The translations under genes and the position numbers were made by a program. This document shows, piece by piece, positions 27,925-37,800 of a DNA stretch of 64,000 bases. Within the stretch, counting starts at the first letter, position 1. Every line of letters begins with the position of its first letter. The notes under the pieces were generated by a model. The model saw only the letters and a list, made by a program, of their open reading frames with translations. It was not told where the DNA came from and ran no database searches. The stretch comes from Bacteroidales bacterium (GTDB lineage: Bacteria > Bacteroidota > Bacteroidia > Bacteroidales > UBA4417), in NCBI GenBank assembly GCA_038237165.1, contig JBBRYZ010000002.1, positions 9,395-73,394 of the forward strand, in the 5' to 3' direction.

Positions 27925-28563
27925 CTACAGATGAAAAATCTCCCCTGCCGTATCGAAATCAATGTAAAAATCGGCAAGAGGTTTCAGCGATTGTACAGCT
28001 TTATGTTCCTGTTTAAGCACTTCCATTCTGAAGTCATCCATCACTTCTTTGTGCGTAATTGCCTGCTCTTCCCAGGTATCTTTATAGGTAAGCTCAATAA
28101 AAACGCGTAAATCGCTTTGGTTGATACGGATGGAATATAAGCCTGCAATTATAAGCATTTCTATGCCTTTAAAATCAGTGTGAAGCTGATCAACCTTTTG
28201 TGTAAACAAGTCAACAACAGGCATCACCGACTTTTTATTCATCCGGAAATCATCAATATTCTGGTTCAGGGTATTCCAATCGTATTCATCATACCCAATT
28301 TTTTCAAGACCGTTTTTTTTACGCCATTCCATTCGTTCGAGTGGCGGAATATGGTAGTAATTGTCGAGCAACAATAGTTTTACACTGATGCCGGATTCAA
28401 GGAGTATACGGCCAAGTTCGTGCGCTATCTCACATTTGCCGGTGCCTACTTCACCCGAAATGGCGACAATAAATTTTGGTTTGCGATCACGAATAACCCT
28501 GTCGAATAAAGTAGTTGCGGCATTCGTATGTTTTTTTTCAATGGTAACGACGTCGTTAAGCAT
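27925..28563 (-). CDS. P-loop kinase-like protein (uridine kinase / PRK-family-like)
   Basis: Walker-A-like ISGEVGTGKC followed by LLLLDNYY. The internal start MLNDVV is preferred. The family assignment is tentative. Confidence 0.4.
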   Translation of the reverse strand: MLNDVVTIEKKHTNAATTLFDRVIRDRKPKFIVAISGEVGTGKCEIAHELGRILLESGISVKLLLLDNYYHIPPLERMEWRKKNGLEKIGYDEYDWNTLNQNIDDFRMNKKSVMPVVDLFTQKVDQLHTDFKGIEMLIIAGLYSIRINQSDLRVFIELTYKDTWEEQAITHKEVMDDFRMEVLKQEHKAVQSLKPLADFYIDFDTAGEIFHL

Positions 28564-28789
28564 TTTAAATTTCGTTATAAAACAATATTCTTTACTCTTT
28601 CGTTCAACTAACAACACTAAATTTGCTGTTTTTATAAACCGGAGCAAAATTACAATGAAAAATCTGATTTCTATTCATTGGAAATTTTTGGTAATTCCAA
28701 CTTAAAATGTGCCAATACAATCTGAAACTCCTTGCCCTCACTTCCCCTATTTATGATCATTTGTTCAGGTACAACTAGATCCCTGTTTC

Positions 28790-29581
28790 ATGAAAATGCC
28801 TAAAAACCTCCGCATATTACTCCGGCTATTTATCATTCCTGGTTTCCTGCTGATAATCATGCTTTTGATATTGAAAACGCCTGACTGGTTTAATTCGCTT
28901 TTTAACAGGAATGCAGGCAATTCGCCACCGGTATCTTCGTTCGGTATCCTTATGCCTAAAGGGTATTCGGTACATGGCATAGATGTGTCGAAGCATCAGG
29001 GCGCTATAGATTGGAAAAGGGTAAGAAACATGAAAAAAAATGATATCCAGGTTTCTTTTACTTTTATTAAAGCCACTGAAGGCATTACCAGGCAGGATAA
29101 TAAATTCGAATCAAACTGGGAACAAGCCGCGCATAATGGAATATTACGAGGGGCGTACCACTTCTATTATCCTTCGCGGGATGCTGACAAGCAGGCTGAT
29201 AATTTTATTAGAGTGGTTAAACTAAGTACTGGTGATCTGCCGCCAGTAGTGGATATTGAATACAGTAATGGAAAATCGAAACAGAAAATCTGCGTTGACC
29301 TGAAAGTATTTATCGGCAGGCTTGAGAAACAATATGGAGTTAAGCCTATTATTTATACGAATATCAATTTCTTTACCACCTACCTCAATGGAAATTTTGA
29401 TAAATATCCTTTATGGATTGCCGGTTATTTCGACCACGACCGTTTTTATAATGAGTTCCTAACGCCATGGGTGATATGGCAACACAGTGAAAACGGCAAG
29501 GTTGACGGAATCCAGGGCAGCGTTGATTTTAATGTCTTTAACGGGAGCCTTGACAGTATGAAGAGGATGGCTTTGAAATAG
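28790..29581 (+). CDS. GH25 muramidase (lysozyme) with an N-terminal TM/signal anchor
   Basis: GIDVSKHQG.IDW, FIKATEG and GAYHF motifs of GH25. Confidence 0.85.
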   Translation: MKMPKNLRILLRLFIIPGFLLIIMLLILKTPDWFNSLFNRNAGNSPPVSSFGILMPKGYSVHGIDVSKHQGAIDWKRVRNMKKNDIQVSFTFIKATEGITRQDNKFESNWEQAAHNGILRGAYHFYYPSRDADKQADNFIRVVKLSTGDLPPVVDIEYSNGKSKQKICVDLKVFIGRLEKQYGVKPIIYTNINFFTTYLNGNFDKYPLWIAGYFDHDRFYNEFLTPWVIWQHSENGKVDGIQGSVDFNVFNGSLDSMKRMALK

Positions 29582-29740
29582 AAGAAAGTTGTTTCTATAA
29601 ATGTGTAATTATAAATCAGGATTCATTTAAACATATATCGATTTATAATGTTTATTAAAAACTATCCTGTCATCCGCAGCATTCCCTTTAACTTTGGCCA
29701 CATTTTGAGGCAAATGTCATTATATATGACTGAAAGTGAT

Positions 29741-29748
29741 TATATTTG
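29741..29748 (+). promoter_or_regulatory. -7 box (TATATTTG)
   Basis: TAnnTTTG 55 nt upstream of ATG 29803. Confidence 0.4.
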
Positions 29749-29802
29749 GCATGGGAATTATTTCTAAAATCATAAACTTATAGTATCACTAACCCCTGTT
29801 GT

Positions 29803-31107
29803 ATGAAAAACAAGGAAATACCTGAAGGCTATCTCTTTACAAAAGGATATACCAATTATATTTTCATGCTTTTGTTCCTGCTTTATATGTTCGACTATAT
29901 CGACAGGATGGTGATCACTTCCCTATTCCCTTTTCTGAAAGCCGACTGGAACCTGACTGACACTCAATGTGGAGCACTTGTTTCGTCCGTTTACGGGTCG
30001 ATTGTATTGTTTACTTTCCCGGTTTCCATACTTGTAGATCGCTGGAGTAGGCGAAAAACAATTGGTCTGATGGCTGTTTTGTGGAGTCTGGCTACCGGTG
30101 TGGGTGCATTGACAGGAAATTTCAGGCAACTGTTATCAGCTCGTACAATGATCGGTGTTGGCGAAGCAGGCTATGCTCCCGGCGGTTCAGCCATGATGTC
30201 AGCTTTGTATCCAGATCGGAAAAGATCGTGGATGATGGGATTATGGAATGCATCAATTCCACTCGGAAGTGCAATTGGAGTCGCTATAGGGGGTATAATT
30301 GCCACTTACTGGGGATGGAGGCATGCGATTGGAATTGTAGCAATCCCAGGATTTATAATAGCTATTCTGTTTTTCTTTGTAAAAGACTATAAGACAATCG
30401 GACTGGAAAAAACCGTTACAAAAGCAGATAAAAAAGCAGAGCGGAAGAAAGTCAGAATGTCAATCATGGATATGATTAAGGAATTTCTAGTAAAGCCGTC
30501 GCTTCTTTTTACTTATTTTGGAATGGCGGCAGTTGTTTTCACCACCACTTCAATACTCACCTGGTTGCCGACGTACTTTCACAGGGCACAGGGAGTACTC
30601 GAAAAAGATGCCGGGATTAAAGCAAGCGCTGTTATGCTGTTTGCCATTATCGGGGCACCACTTGGCGGATACATTACTGACAGATGGCGGAAGAAAAAGA
30701 TCAATGCCCGTCTTTTAGTACCAACCATAACTTCACTGGTTTCTGCAATACTTATGTTTCTGGCATTCAGTGTTTTTGGCGGTCAGATGCAGTATCTGAT
30801 TCTTTTATCAATGGGAATATCAATCACTGCTTTTATTGCCGCAACGGCAGCTGTTACACAGGATGTGGTTCATCCCGGTATGAGAGCTATTTCATACGCA
30901 GTTGCTGTTGTGATTCAGAACCTTTTGGGAGCTTTCCTCGGCCCTATTGTAATGGGTGCCATATCCGATGCCAGTGATATTCAAACTGCTTTCACATTTC
31001 TTCCTATAGCTCTGCTTATTGCCTCTGGTTTGTTTTTTGCAGGTTCATTCTATTATGAAAAAGATCTTCGCAAAGTAGAAAAGGTAAAGCTTGAAGTGGT
31101 GGAATAA
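29803..31107 (+). CDS. MFS transporter (Spinster-like)
   Basis: 434 aa, 12 TM helices, loop motif VDRWSRRK. Confidence 0.8.
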   Translation: MKNKEIPEGYLFTKGYTNYIFMLLFLLYMFDYIDRMVITSLFPFLKADWNLTDTQCGALVSSVYGSIVLFTFPVSILVDRWSRRKTIGLMAVLWSLATGVGALTGNFRQLLSARTMIGVGEAGYAPGGSAMMSALYPDRKRSWMMGLWNASIPLGSAIGVAIGGIIATYWGWRHAIGIVAIPGFIIAILFFFVKDYKTIGLEKTVTKADKKAERKKVRMSIMDMIKEFLVKPSLLFTYFGMAAVVFTTTSILTWLPTYFHRAQGVLEKDAGIKASAVMLFAIIGAPLGGYITDRWRKKKINARLLVPTITSLVSAILMFLAFSVFGGQMQYLILLSMGISITAFIAATAAVTQDVVHPGMRAISYAVAVVIQNLLGAFLGPIVMGAISDASDIQTAFTFLPIALLIASGLFFAGSFYYEKDLRKVEKVKLEVVE

Positions 31108-31286
31108 ACCGAAGGATTTTAAGATGTCAATCACTTAAAACTCTGAAATTTTAAGCTACAATATAGTTGAGTATTGTTTGCATGAAAGATTGTAGCCTGT
31201 GAGTTCTGTACCATTAAATTAATCTCTTCATAAGTCATTTTTTCTGTTGGTTTGTTTCATAAGTATCTGATTCGAAAAGCTTGTTT

Positions 31287-31913
31287 ATGAAAAAAGCAAT
31301 ACTGTTCCTTATCCTGATTATACCGGTTGTACTTTCAGCGCAATCATGGAAATCGAATCCCATCGCCATAAGCGTGTTCAACAATGCCACTATGTTGCCA
31401 CCGGCCTCTCTTACTGCGACATTTAACCAGCCCTTGCATCCTGGGTTAACCGCATCCTACGAATTCGGCTGGAAGGAAACGACAAACCACAAATGGTTTC
31501 AGAATGCCGGCATCAGCTATATGTACCACCAGTTTGTGTACCAGGCCATACTGCTTAATTCGCAGGCCGGATATCGTTGGAAACTAAGCAGGTTTTCAAT
31601 CGAAGGATACTTGCAGGCCGGATATATGCACGCTTTTCTGCTTACAGATCGGGCAGTATTGCAGTCGGATGGAACTTATAAAGCAAAAAAAGGTTTTGGG
31701 AAACCACAGTTTATTGCAGGTGCCGGTGCCGGATTAGGTTATAACTTTGGAAACGAATCAACGCTGCGGCGAATCTTTATCAATTATGACATCCGCCTTC
31801 AGATGCCTTTTGTAAAGAGTTATGTAACACTATTGCCAAATGGCGCCTTGTCCGTAGGAATGCAGTTTACGCTTAGCCGTGTGGCGGATAAGGGAGATTG
31901 CAGTCCGTATTAA
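31287..31913 (+). CDS. hypothetical secreted / outer-membrane beta-barrel-like protein
   Basis: Signal peptide MKKAILFLILIIPVVLSAQ and an aromatic-rich alternating pattern. No family was recognised. Confidence 0.4.
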   Translation: MKKAILFLILIIPVVLSAQSWKSNPIAISVFNNATMLPPASLTATFNQPLHPGLTASYEFGWKETTNHKWFQNAGISYMYHQFVYQAILLNSQAGYRWKLSRFSIEGYLQAGYMHAFLLTDRAVLQSDGTYKAKKGFGKPQFIAGAGAGLGYNFGNESTLRRIFINYDIRLQMPFVKSYVTLLPNGALSVGMQFTLSRVADKGDCSPY

Positions 31914-31962
31914 AAAGTGAAGAGTGAAAAGTGAAAAACGTAAAACGAAAAGTGAATAATAC
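31914..31962. repeat. heptamer array (AAAGTGA family), 7 units
   Basis: The array begins at the nucleotide immediately after the TAA stop at 31911-31913. Confidence 0.9.
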
Positions 31963-32086
31963 CAATCAAGGGTTGAATTTGTAACTTATTAATTGCCAGG
32001 CGAACTTTTCAAGAGTTTAAAACTCCGGAAAAGTTTAACGCCTAAATAGACGAATCATTAATTCAACACTCGATTCGCATGAATAA
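31953..32086. mobile_element. MITE-like 134-bp element, copy 2
   Basis: Aligns with 24606-24739 at roughly 75-80 percent identity by eye. It is flanked on both sides by GTGAA-type heptamers. Confidence 0.55.
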
Positions 32087-32111
32087 TGAATAACGAAAAG
32101 TGAATCACAAA
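32077..32111. repeat. heptamer array (TAATGAA/AAGTGAA), 5 units
   Basis: gcatgaa taatgaa taacgaa aagtgaa tcacaaa. Confidence 0.8.
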
Positions 32112-32173
32112 TATGATTCTTTTTCACTTTAAATAAAAAAATCACTTTTTTTAGAACTCATACATATAAAGAT

Positions 32174-33385
32174 ATGATTCCCAAACGATATTTAATCTTC
32201 TTGTTTTTACTGGTGATGATCCTCGGCTGGTCGTGCAAAAAGACTGATATAAGCCGGCCTTCAACATTATCATGCCCGTTGGAAGACCAGTCCACTTACC
32301 GCGTTAACTCAAAAAGCGCGCAATACCAGTCGCTTATCGAAGAATACGTTAAGAAAGGTTTGCCGGGAGTTATCCTGCTGGTAAAAGATGATAACGGATT
32401 TTACATTGGTTCAGCAGGCATGGCCGATATTAAGGAAGGGATCAAACTTCAACCCTGCCATATCTCCAAAATAGCCAGCATTACCAAGTTTATGCTGGGT
32501 GTCGCCATTTTGCGGCTTGAAGAAAAAGGTATTTTGTCGCTTAACGATCCGGTAAGCAAGTATATTTCAAAAGACAAACTGAATAAAATCGGCAACGGAA
32601 ACGCTCCACTTACCATTCGCAACCTGATGAATCATACCAGCGGAATATACGATGTGATTGATGACCAGGGATTCTATCTTCAGGTTCTTAACGATCCGTC
32701 CAAACACTGGACGGCGGACGATCTGCTTAAATATGTTTACAACAAACCAGCGATGTTCCCGTTCAGCCCCGACGACACAGCCGCATACAGCAATACCAAC
32801 TTTACTTTGCTGAGTATGTTAGTGGAATCAGCAACAGGCAAACCGCAATCGCAGGTGCTTCACGAGGAAGTGATTGATAAGCTGGGTTTGAATGACACTT
32901 ACTATTTCTGGCATGATCCGCTCCCCGCCGGAAAGATTGCCCAAGGCTATTACGATCTGTACAACAACGGCAACCTCGAAAACCTTACCGATTGGAACAC
33001 CGGAAGCGGAAACGGCTATGGAGGCGTTTACAGCACCGTTTGGGATATGTACGAATTTATCGACGCACTTTATGTAAAGAAGACCTTGCTCACCCACGCT
33101 TCACTGGATGAAATGCTGGTATTTCATCACACAATCGAATCGCGGAAGCAACTGGGTGTAGCCTGTTTTAAGGATTTTATCGATATTGGCGATCCTGCCA
33201 AAGATTATGCCTGGGGTCACCGTGGCCGCGACCTTAGCTACAGCGCCGATCTGTTCTATTTCCCCGAACACAACGCCATAATGTCGATGATTGTAAACTA
33301 CGGTACAGATGGCAACAGCCCGCTGCGCCCTATTTTCCAGGAAATGCGGGATAAAGTGGCAAAGATTATTGTTGGGGCGAAATAG
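32174..33385 (+). CDS. serine hydrolase, class C beta-lactamase/PBP family lipoprotein
   Basis: Lipobox (LGWSC), SxxK motif (SITK) and 403-aa length. Confidence 0.8.
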   Translation: MIPKRYLIFLFLLVMILGWSCKKTDISRPSTLSCPLEDQSTYRVNSKSAQYQSLIEEYVKKGLPGVILLVKDDNGFYIGSAGMADIKEGIKLQPCHISKIASITKFMLGVAILRLEEKGILSLNDPVSKYISKDKLNKIGNGNAPLTIRNLMNHTSGIYDVIDDQGFYLQVLNDPSKHWTADDLLKYVYNKPAMFPFSPDDTAAYSNTNFTLLSMLVESATGKPQSQVLHEEVIDKLGLNDTYYFWHDPLPAGKIAQGYYDLYNNGNLENLTDWNTGSGNGYGGVYSTVWDMYEFIDALYVKKTLLTHASLDEMLVFHHTIESRKQLGVACFKDFIDIGDPAKDYAWGHRGRDLSYSADLFYFPEHNAIMSMIVNYGTDGNSPLRPIFQEMRDKVAKIIVGAK

Positions 33386-33589
33386 CTAAATTAATTTATG
33401 AATAACATGAGTGTTTAACTTTGGCGCACATCACATCACGCATACCGCTTGCAAAAAATATAAATAAGTGAATCAGAATGAGGAATAAACGCAAAATATC
33501 ATAAAAGGATGAAACACAATGTTTCTGTCAGACATCGGATAACCTGCCAGCAAATGGTTACTGGCAACAAAGTATATCAACAGAAGTAT

Positions 33590-34171
33590 TTATTTTTTAT
33601 ACCTGTAATGCCCGATAATCTTAAACTGGAACAGGCAATCACAAAGAACCTGGCCGCCGCCGATATTATGAACTATCAATAAGCGTTGTTGGCCTTTAAT
33701 TCTCTTATTTACCACTATTCCGATATGGGTAATTCCGCCGCCTAAATCCCAGCAGACAATATCACCGGGATGGTAATCCGAAGCATCATCAGTTATTGGC
33801 TCTACTACGCCCTTTGCCGAGAAAAACACCATCAGGTTCGGCACTCTTCTATGGTCAATATTGGTGTCAGTATGCTTTAGCCCCCATTTCTTCGGGTATT
33901 TTGCGAAATGGGCAATCATATCTTCGTGAACTTCTTTCTGAAGATCAATTCCCAATAATCGGTAAGCCCGGATAATCACATCTGTACAAACGCCACGATC
34001 TACAGGCACATCTCCGTTTGGATAAGGGATTCTGAAATAGGCCGGATCGTAAACTACTTTATTCTTTGTTAATTGCAGGGCTGCATCCGAAAGGCGATTA
34101 TAGAAATCTTCCTGGCTAAAAGCCATTAGCGAAATGGAGAGAAAGAGGAATAAGGTAAAAGTTCGTTTCAA
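33590..34171 (-). CDS. DUF1287 domain protein
   Basis: 193 aa with a signal peptide. The YDPAYFRIPYPNGDVP..RGVCTDV motif is characteristic of DUF1287. Confidence 0.8.
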   Translation of the reverse strand: MKRTFTLFLFLSISLMAFSQEDFYNRLSDAALQLTKNKVVYDPAYFRIPYPNGDVPVDRGVCTDVIIRAYRLLGIDLQKEVHEDMIAHFAKYPKKWGLKHTDTNIDHRRVPNLMVFFSAKGVVEPITDDASDYHPGDIVCWDLGGGITHIGIVVNKRIKGQQRLLIVHNIGGGQVLCDCLFQFKIIGHYRYKK

Positions 34172-34408
34172 AATACGGGTGCTGACAATTACATTTAAAC
34201 TTCTGTGCCTTATTATTTATGCTTTATAGTCTATGGTAATCTCAAACAAATATACTGATTAGGTATTGCAGATATCCAAATATTTAAAATATTATTTCAA
34301 ACGAAGACAAACACAAAACAAAGATTTATTCGCTTTCACACCTTGAGAAATGCCAAGAATGGTAAATGGAAAAGTGGCCGCCAACTATGTGCTATGCATA
34401 TTAATAAA

Positions 34409-35701
34409 TTAGTCTTTAATGCAACGAACACTAAATCCCGATATTTTTTTAAAATCCCTGATATAAGCGCCATTCATAGTTAAATTCGTTACTATAACCT
34501 TAGCTTTTTCTGAACTATATTCTGTGGAGGACCACATTAGACCTAATTTTCCTATATCCCAATATATGCCGTTAAGATCCCGCAAACCTCCTGGAAGAGC
34601 AGTAAACTGAAATAGATTGGTAGCACCTTCATTTGGAGTTTCCCAGTGCGAAAATCCGGTTTCTTTAAGTTTGCCTCCCGTAACACTCTCCCCACCCAAA
34701 TAATTAATCAGTAATGACCAATCATAATAACTGGGGATATGCCAGCCCTGAGGACTCAGTTTGCGCTCATCAAGAACAGTGTAAAAATTATAAAGTTTCC
34801 CAAAAATATTGCCATTGGATAGAATGTTATCATAATCACAACATGCTCCGTTTGTAAGTTGGGACCATTGCTCATGATCAGCAATATAAGGTATTGTCTC
34901 GCCATTCCGGAAGTGAGTAGTCTTAAGATTTTCTGCCATCCAGGTTTGACCTCCAATGGAAACAGTTCTATAAACATTCCCATCAATATCGGTTAGTGTT
35001 CCGAAATCCGAAGTTGAAAATGATAAGATATTTCCATATCCTGTTACATATAATGTAGTTGCATAAGCTCTGATATAATAAGTAGTATTAGGCAGTAAAC
35101 CTGTAAGGTTACTGATAAATGTACCGTTATCTTCACGGTCAGATGTTTTTTTATCTGAGATGGTTGGTGTTGAACCAGTGCTCCAGCAAACTCCTTGAGT
35201 AATAACAGCTGAGTAACCCTCTGATATAATTTTTCCTCCGCAAGTAATAGTTGTTTGTGTAATATTGGCCACCGCGGAAGTTGAAAGCACTGGTAATCGC
35301 AAGGTGTTAAAAAATATTGGGTTACCATACTCCGTGCCGACACTGTTAGTAGCATATGCCCGAACATAATATCTGGTTCCGGCATTTAAACCTGAAAGAC
35401 TGCTATTAAAACTACCTATACCTTCTCCATCTGAAGTTTTACTGTCGTTGATAGTAGGGTCTGGAAGTATGCTCCAGCAAACCCCGCGCGCCGTTACTTT
35501 TGATCCTCCGTCAGAAGAAATAAAACCACCGCTGCTGGCTGCACTTATGTCAATATACATTGCTTCAGATGTAGTTAAAACAGGTAATTGCTTGTTCTCT
35601 TCTTTCTTGCAGTTGCTTAGGCATATCAGGAATGTTCCAAATGCTAATAATTTGAATATCCGTATCCTATTTGTCTGTTTCATCTGGCACAAATCTTTCA
35701 T
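34409..35701 (-). CDS. FISUMP (Fibrobacter succinogenes major paralogous domain) lipoprotein
   Basis: Lipobox (LSNC), two N-terminal repeats of about 90 aa (GVCWS...YYVRAYATN) and a C-terminal DIDGNVYRTVSIGGQTWMAENL...ALPGG domain. Confidence 0.85.
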   Translation of the reverse strand: MKDLCQMKQTNRIRIFKLLAFGTFLICLSNCKKEENKQLPVLTTSEAMYIDISAASSGGFISSDGGSKVTARGVCWSILPDPTINDSKTSDGEGIGSFNSSLSGLNAGTRYYVRAYATNSVGTEYGNPIFFNTLRLPVLSTSAVANITQTTITCGGKIISEGYSAVITQGVCWSTGSTPTISDKKTSDREDNGTFISNLTGLLPNTTYYIRAYATTLYVTGYGNILSFSTSDFGTLTDIDGNVYRTVSIGGQTWMAENLKTTHFRNGETIPYIADHEQWSQLTNGACCDYDNILSNGNIFGKLYNFYTVLDERKLSPQGWHIPSYYDWSLLINYLGGESVTGGKLKETGFSHWETPNEGATNLFQFTALPGGLRDLNGIYWDIGKLGLMWSSTEYSSEKAKVIVTNLTMNGAYIRDFKKISGFSVRCIKD

Positions 35702-35828
35702 ACTGTTTTCTCTAATTCTGACCGATCTATATAATTTTTAAAATCTGCGGGGTAAAGGCAGGAAAGTCAATTAAGGTTGAAAATAAGTTGTTACTTTTTA
35801 TTTTCATGAACTTACAACAAGTAACTAC

Positions 35829-37139
35829 CTAATCCTTAACGCATCGCGCCGAATATCCATCCGTATAGGATCCACCCCCATATATACCATTATTATTCTC
35901 GTCGAAACTTAGCATAAGATGTCGACCCGTAATCAGATTACCAGATCCAAGATCTGAAAAATACCATACACCTTGCCAACTTAGGTTCATAAACTGGTCT
36001 CCAACACGGAAACCGCCTGGAAGAGCCGTAAACCCACTTTCATTTGTAGCCCCTGTATTAGGCACACCCCAATGAGTTGTACTGGATTCTTTTAGTTTTA
36101 ACCTTGCTGCACTGATTCCTCCTAAAAAACCGATTAATGTGTCCCACTCTGCCCTGGTGGAAATATGCCAACCTGCAGGTGCAATCTGCCTACTGTCAGA
36201 TATTGAATACGCATTGTACAGCCTGCCAATCATAGCGATGGTATCATCATTGCTAATGTTCAAATAATTACAATAAGCAGATGAAGTTGTATTATACCAG
36301 CCAGTTCCATCGATGATCCGGATAATAGGTTCACCGTTCCGGTAATGAGTTGTCCGAAGATTCTGGGCCATCCAGGTTTGTGTTCCAATAGTTATTGTCT
36401 TATAGATATTGCCATCAATGTCTGCTGTTGTTTCGTAAGTGAGATTAGGATTAAATTTGATTTCGAATTTTGTGTTGAATGAATATGTCATTCCATACCC
36501 AGTTCCCGCACTATTAGTAGCATAAGCACGAACATAATATTGAGTACTGGGTTCCAGGTTAATAATCGAACTTTGGAAAATGCCGATACCAATACCATTT
36601 GATGTTTTAGTATCAGTGATCATCGGGTTTTTATTTTTGCCCCAGCAAACTCCCCGTGCAGTTATAGAAGCACCACCGTCATCTGTAATGGCTCCTCCGC
36701 AATTGGCAGTTGATTTTGACACATCTGTTATGTCGGAAGTAGTGAGTACTGGTAAAGCAGCTATAGTTGAAAAGGTAGCCTGTGCACTATATGCTGTTCC
36801 TGTACTATTGGTAGCATATGCTCTTACATAATAGGTTCCGCCGTGATTTAACTGAGTAATCAGGCTGGTGAAAATGCCAACCCCAGTTCCATCTGTAGTT
36901 TTAAAATCAGCAATAGTCGGGTTTTGATTCATACTCCAACAAACACCCCGTGATGTTATTTCCGAATTACCATCAGCCGTGATGTGGCCTCCACAAACAG
37001 CATTATTGTCAGAAATTGCTGTTACTGCATCTATCGTAACTGCCGGAAGTTCCTTAGGGGATTCTTTTTTACAGCTAACTAACAGAATTGCAAATAGTGC
37101 TGTAAGAATACCTTGATATACTATAAGTTTGATTCTCAT
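35829..37139 (-). CDS. FISUMP-domain lipoprotein, tandem paralog
   Basis: Same architecture as the adjacent gene: lipobox LVSC, two GVCW repeats, and DIDGNIYKTITIGTQTWMAQNL. Confidence 0.85.
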   Translation of the reverse strand: MRIKLIVYQGILTALFAILLVSCKKESPKELPAVTIDAVTAISDNNAVCGGHITADGNSEITSRGVCWSMNQNPTIADFKTTDGTGVGIFTSLITQLNHGGTYYVRAYATNSTGTAYSAQATFSTIAALPVLTTSDITDVSKSTANCGGAITDDGGASITARGVCWGKNKNPMITDTKTSNGIGIGIFQSSIINLEPSTQYYVRAYATNSAGTGYGMTYSFNTKFEIKFNPNLTYETTADIDGNIYKTITIGTQTWMAQNLRTTHYRNGEPIIRIIDGTGWYNTTSSAYCNYLNISNDDTIAMIGRLYNAYSISDSRQIAPAGWHISTRAEWDTLIGFLGGISAARLKLKESSTTHWGVPNTGATNESGFTALPGGFRVGDQFMNLSWQGVWYFSDLGSGNLITGRHLMLSFDENNNGIYGGGSYTDGYSARCVKD

Positions 37140-37426
37140 GGCTTTATGTATAGAATATTATTGATGTCAGATAATAAATTTTCTTAAATCCTCATTCGTT
37201 GATCAACGTATAGAATTAATTTGCTTTATCGCAGATAATTGGCCTTTTAACCCATACTTCGCATTTGTAATCTGGATATCTTTAGACCTTTCAAATATAT
37301 AAATTATTTTCATATGGAAATACTTTGCAAAATAGTTTTTTTACCATAGCTAGCGTAGCTGGTTCCAGAATAATTAAAGCATCAAAAGTAAAGCTACTCA
37401 AATCCAAACTTTCATTTTTAATAGCA

Positions 37427-37557
37427 ACAAGCATCCCTTTTCAAACCCATAACTACAGCTTTTCAAAAACATAAGCATCGCTTTCTAAAAATATAAGCAC
37501 AGTTTTTAAAAATATAAGCACAGTTTTATAAACCTGTAAGCATCGCTTATAAAAAAG
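37427..37557. repeat. six tandem units of about 22 bp (ATAAGCAyCGCTTTyTAAAAAt-like)
   Basis: Units start near 37427, 37449, 37471, 37493, 37514 and 37537, in the divergent spacer between the FISUMP and DHOD-like genes. Confidence 0.8.
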
Positions 37558-37759
37558 ATGCGCACCGATTTGTTTCCGGCATGCATCTACAATCCAATTC
37601 CTGGCCAAATAGTTATAAAACTACTGGCTATCAGACTTATCGTATTTTAAAGCAAGCATTATTTACTTCAAGCAGCTGAATGGAGTGAAAATGAGACGCA
37701 GCACCTTAAAAGTCATAAATATTCTTCAAATATAGTATCCAACCTATGAAAGAGTATTT

Positions 37760-37767
37760 TATCTTTG
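37760..37767 (+). promoter_or_regulatory. -7 box (TATCTTTG) for the DHOD-like gene
   Basis: TAnnTTTG 34 nt upstream of ATG 37801. Confidence 0.45.
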
Positions 37768-37800
37768 TTAAGCGATTTAACAAACTTAAAAAGAATCTTT

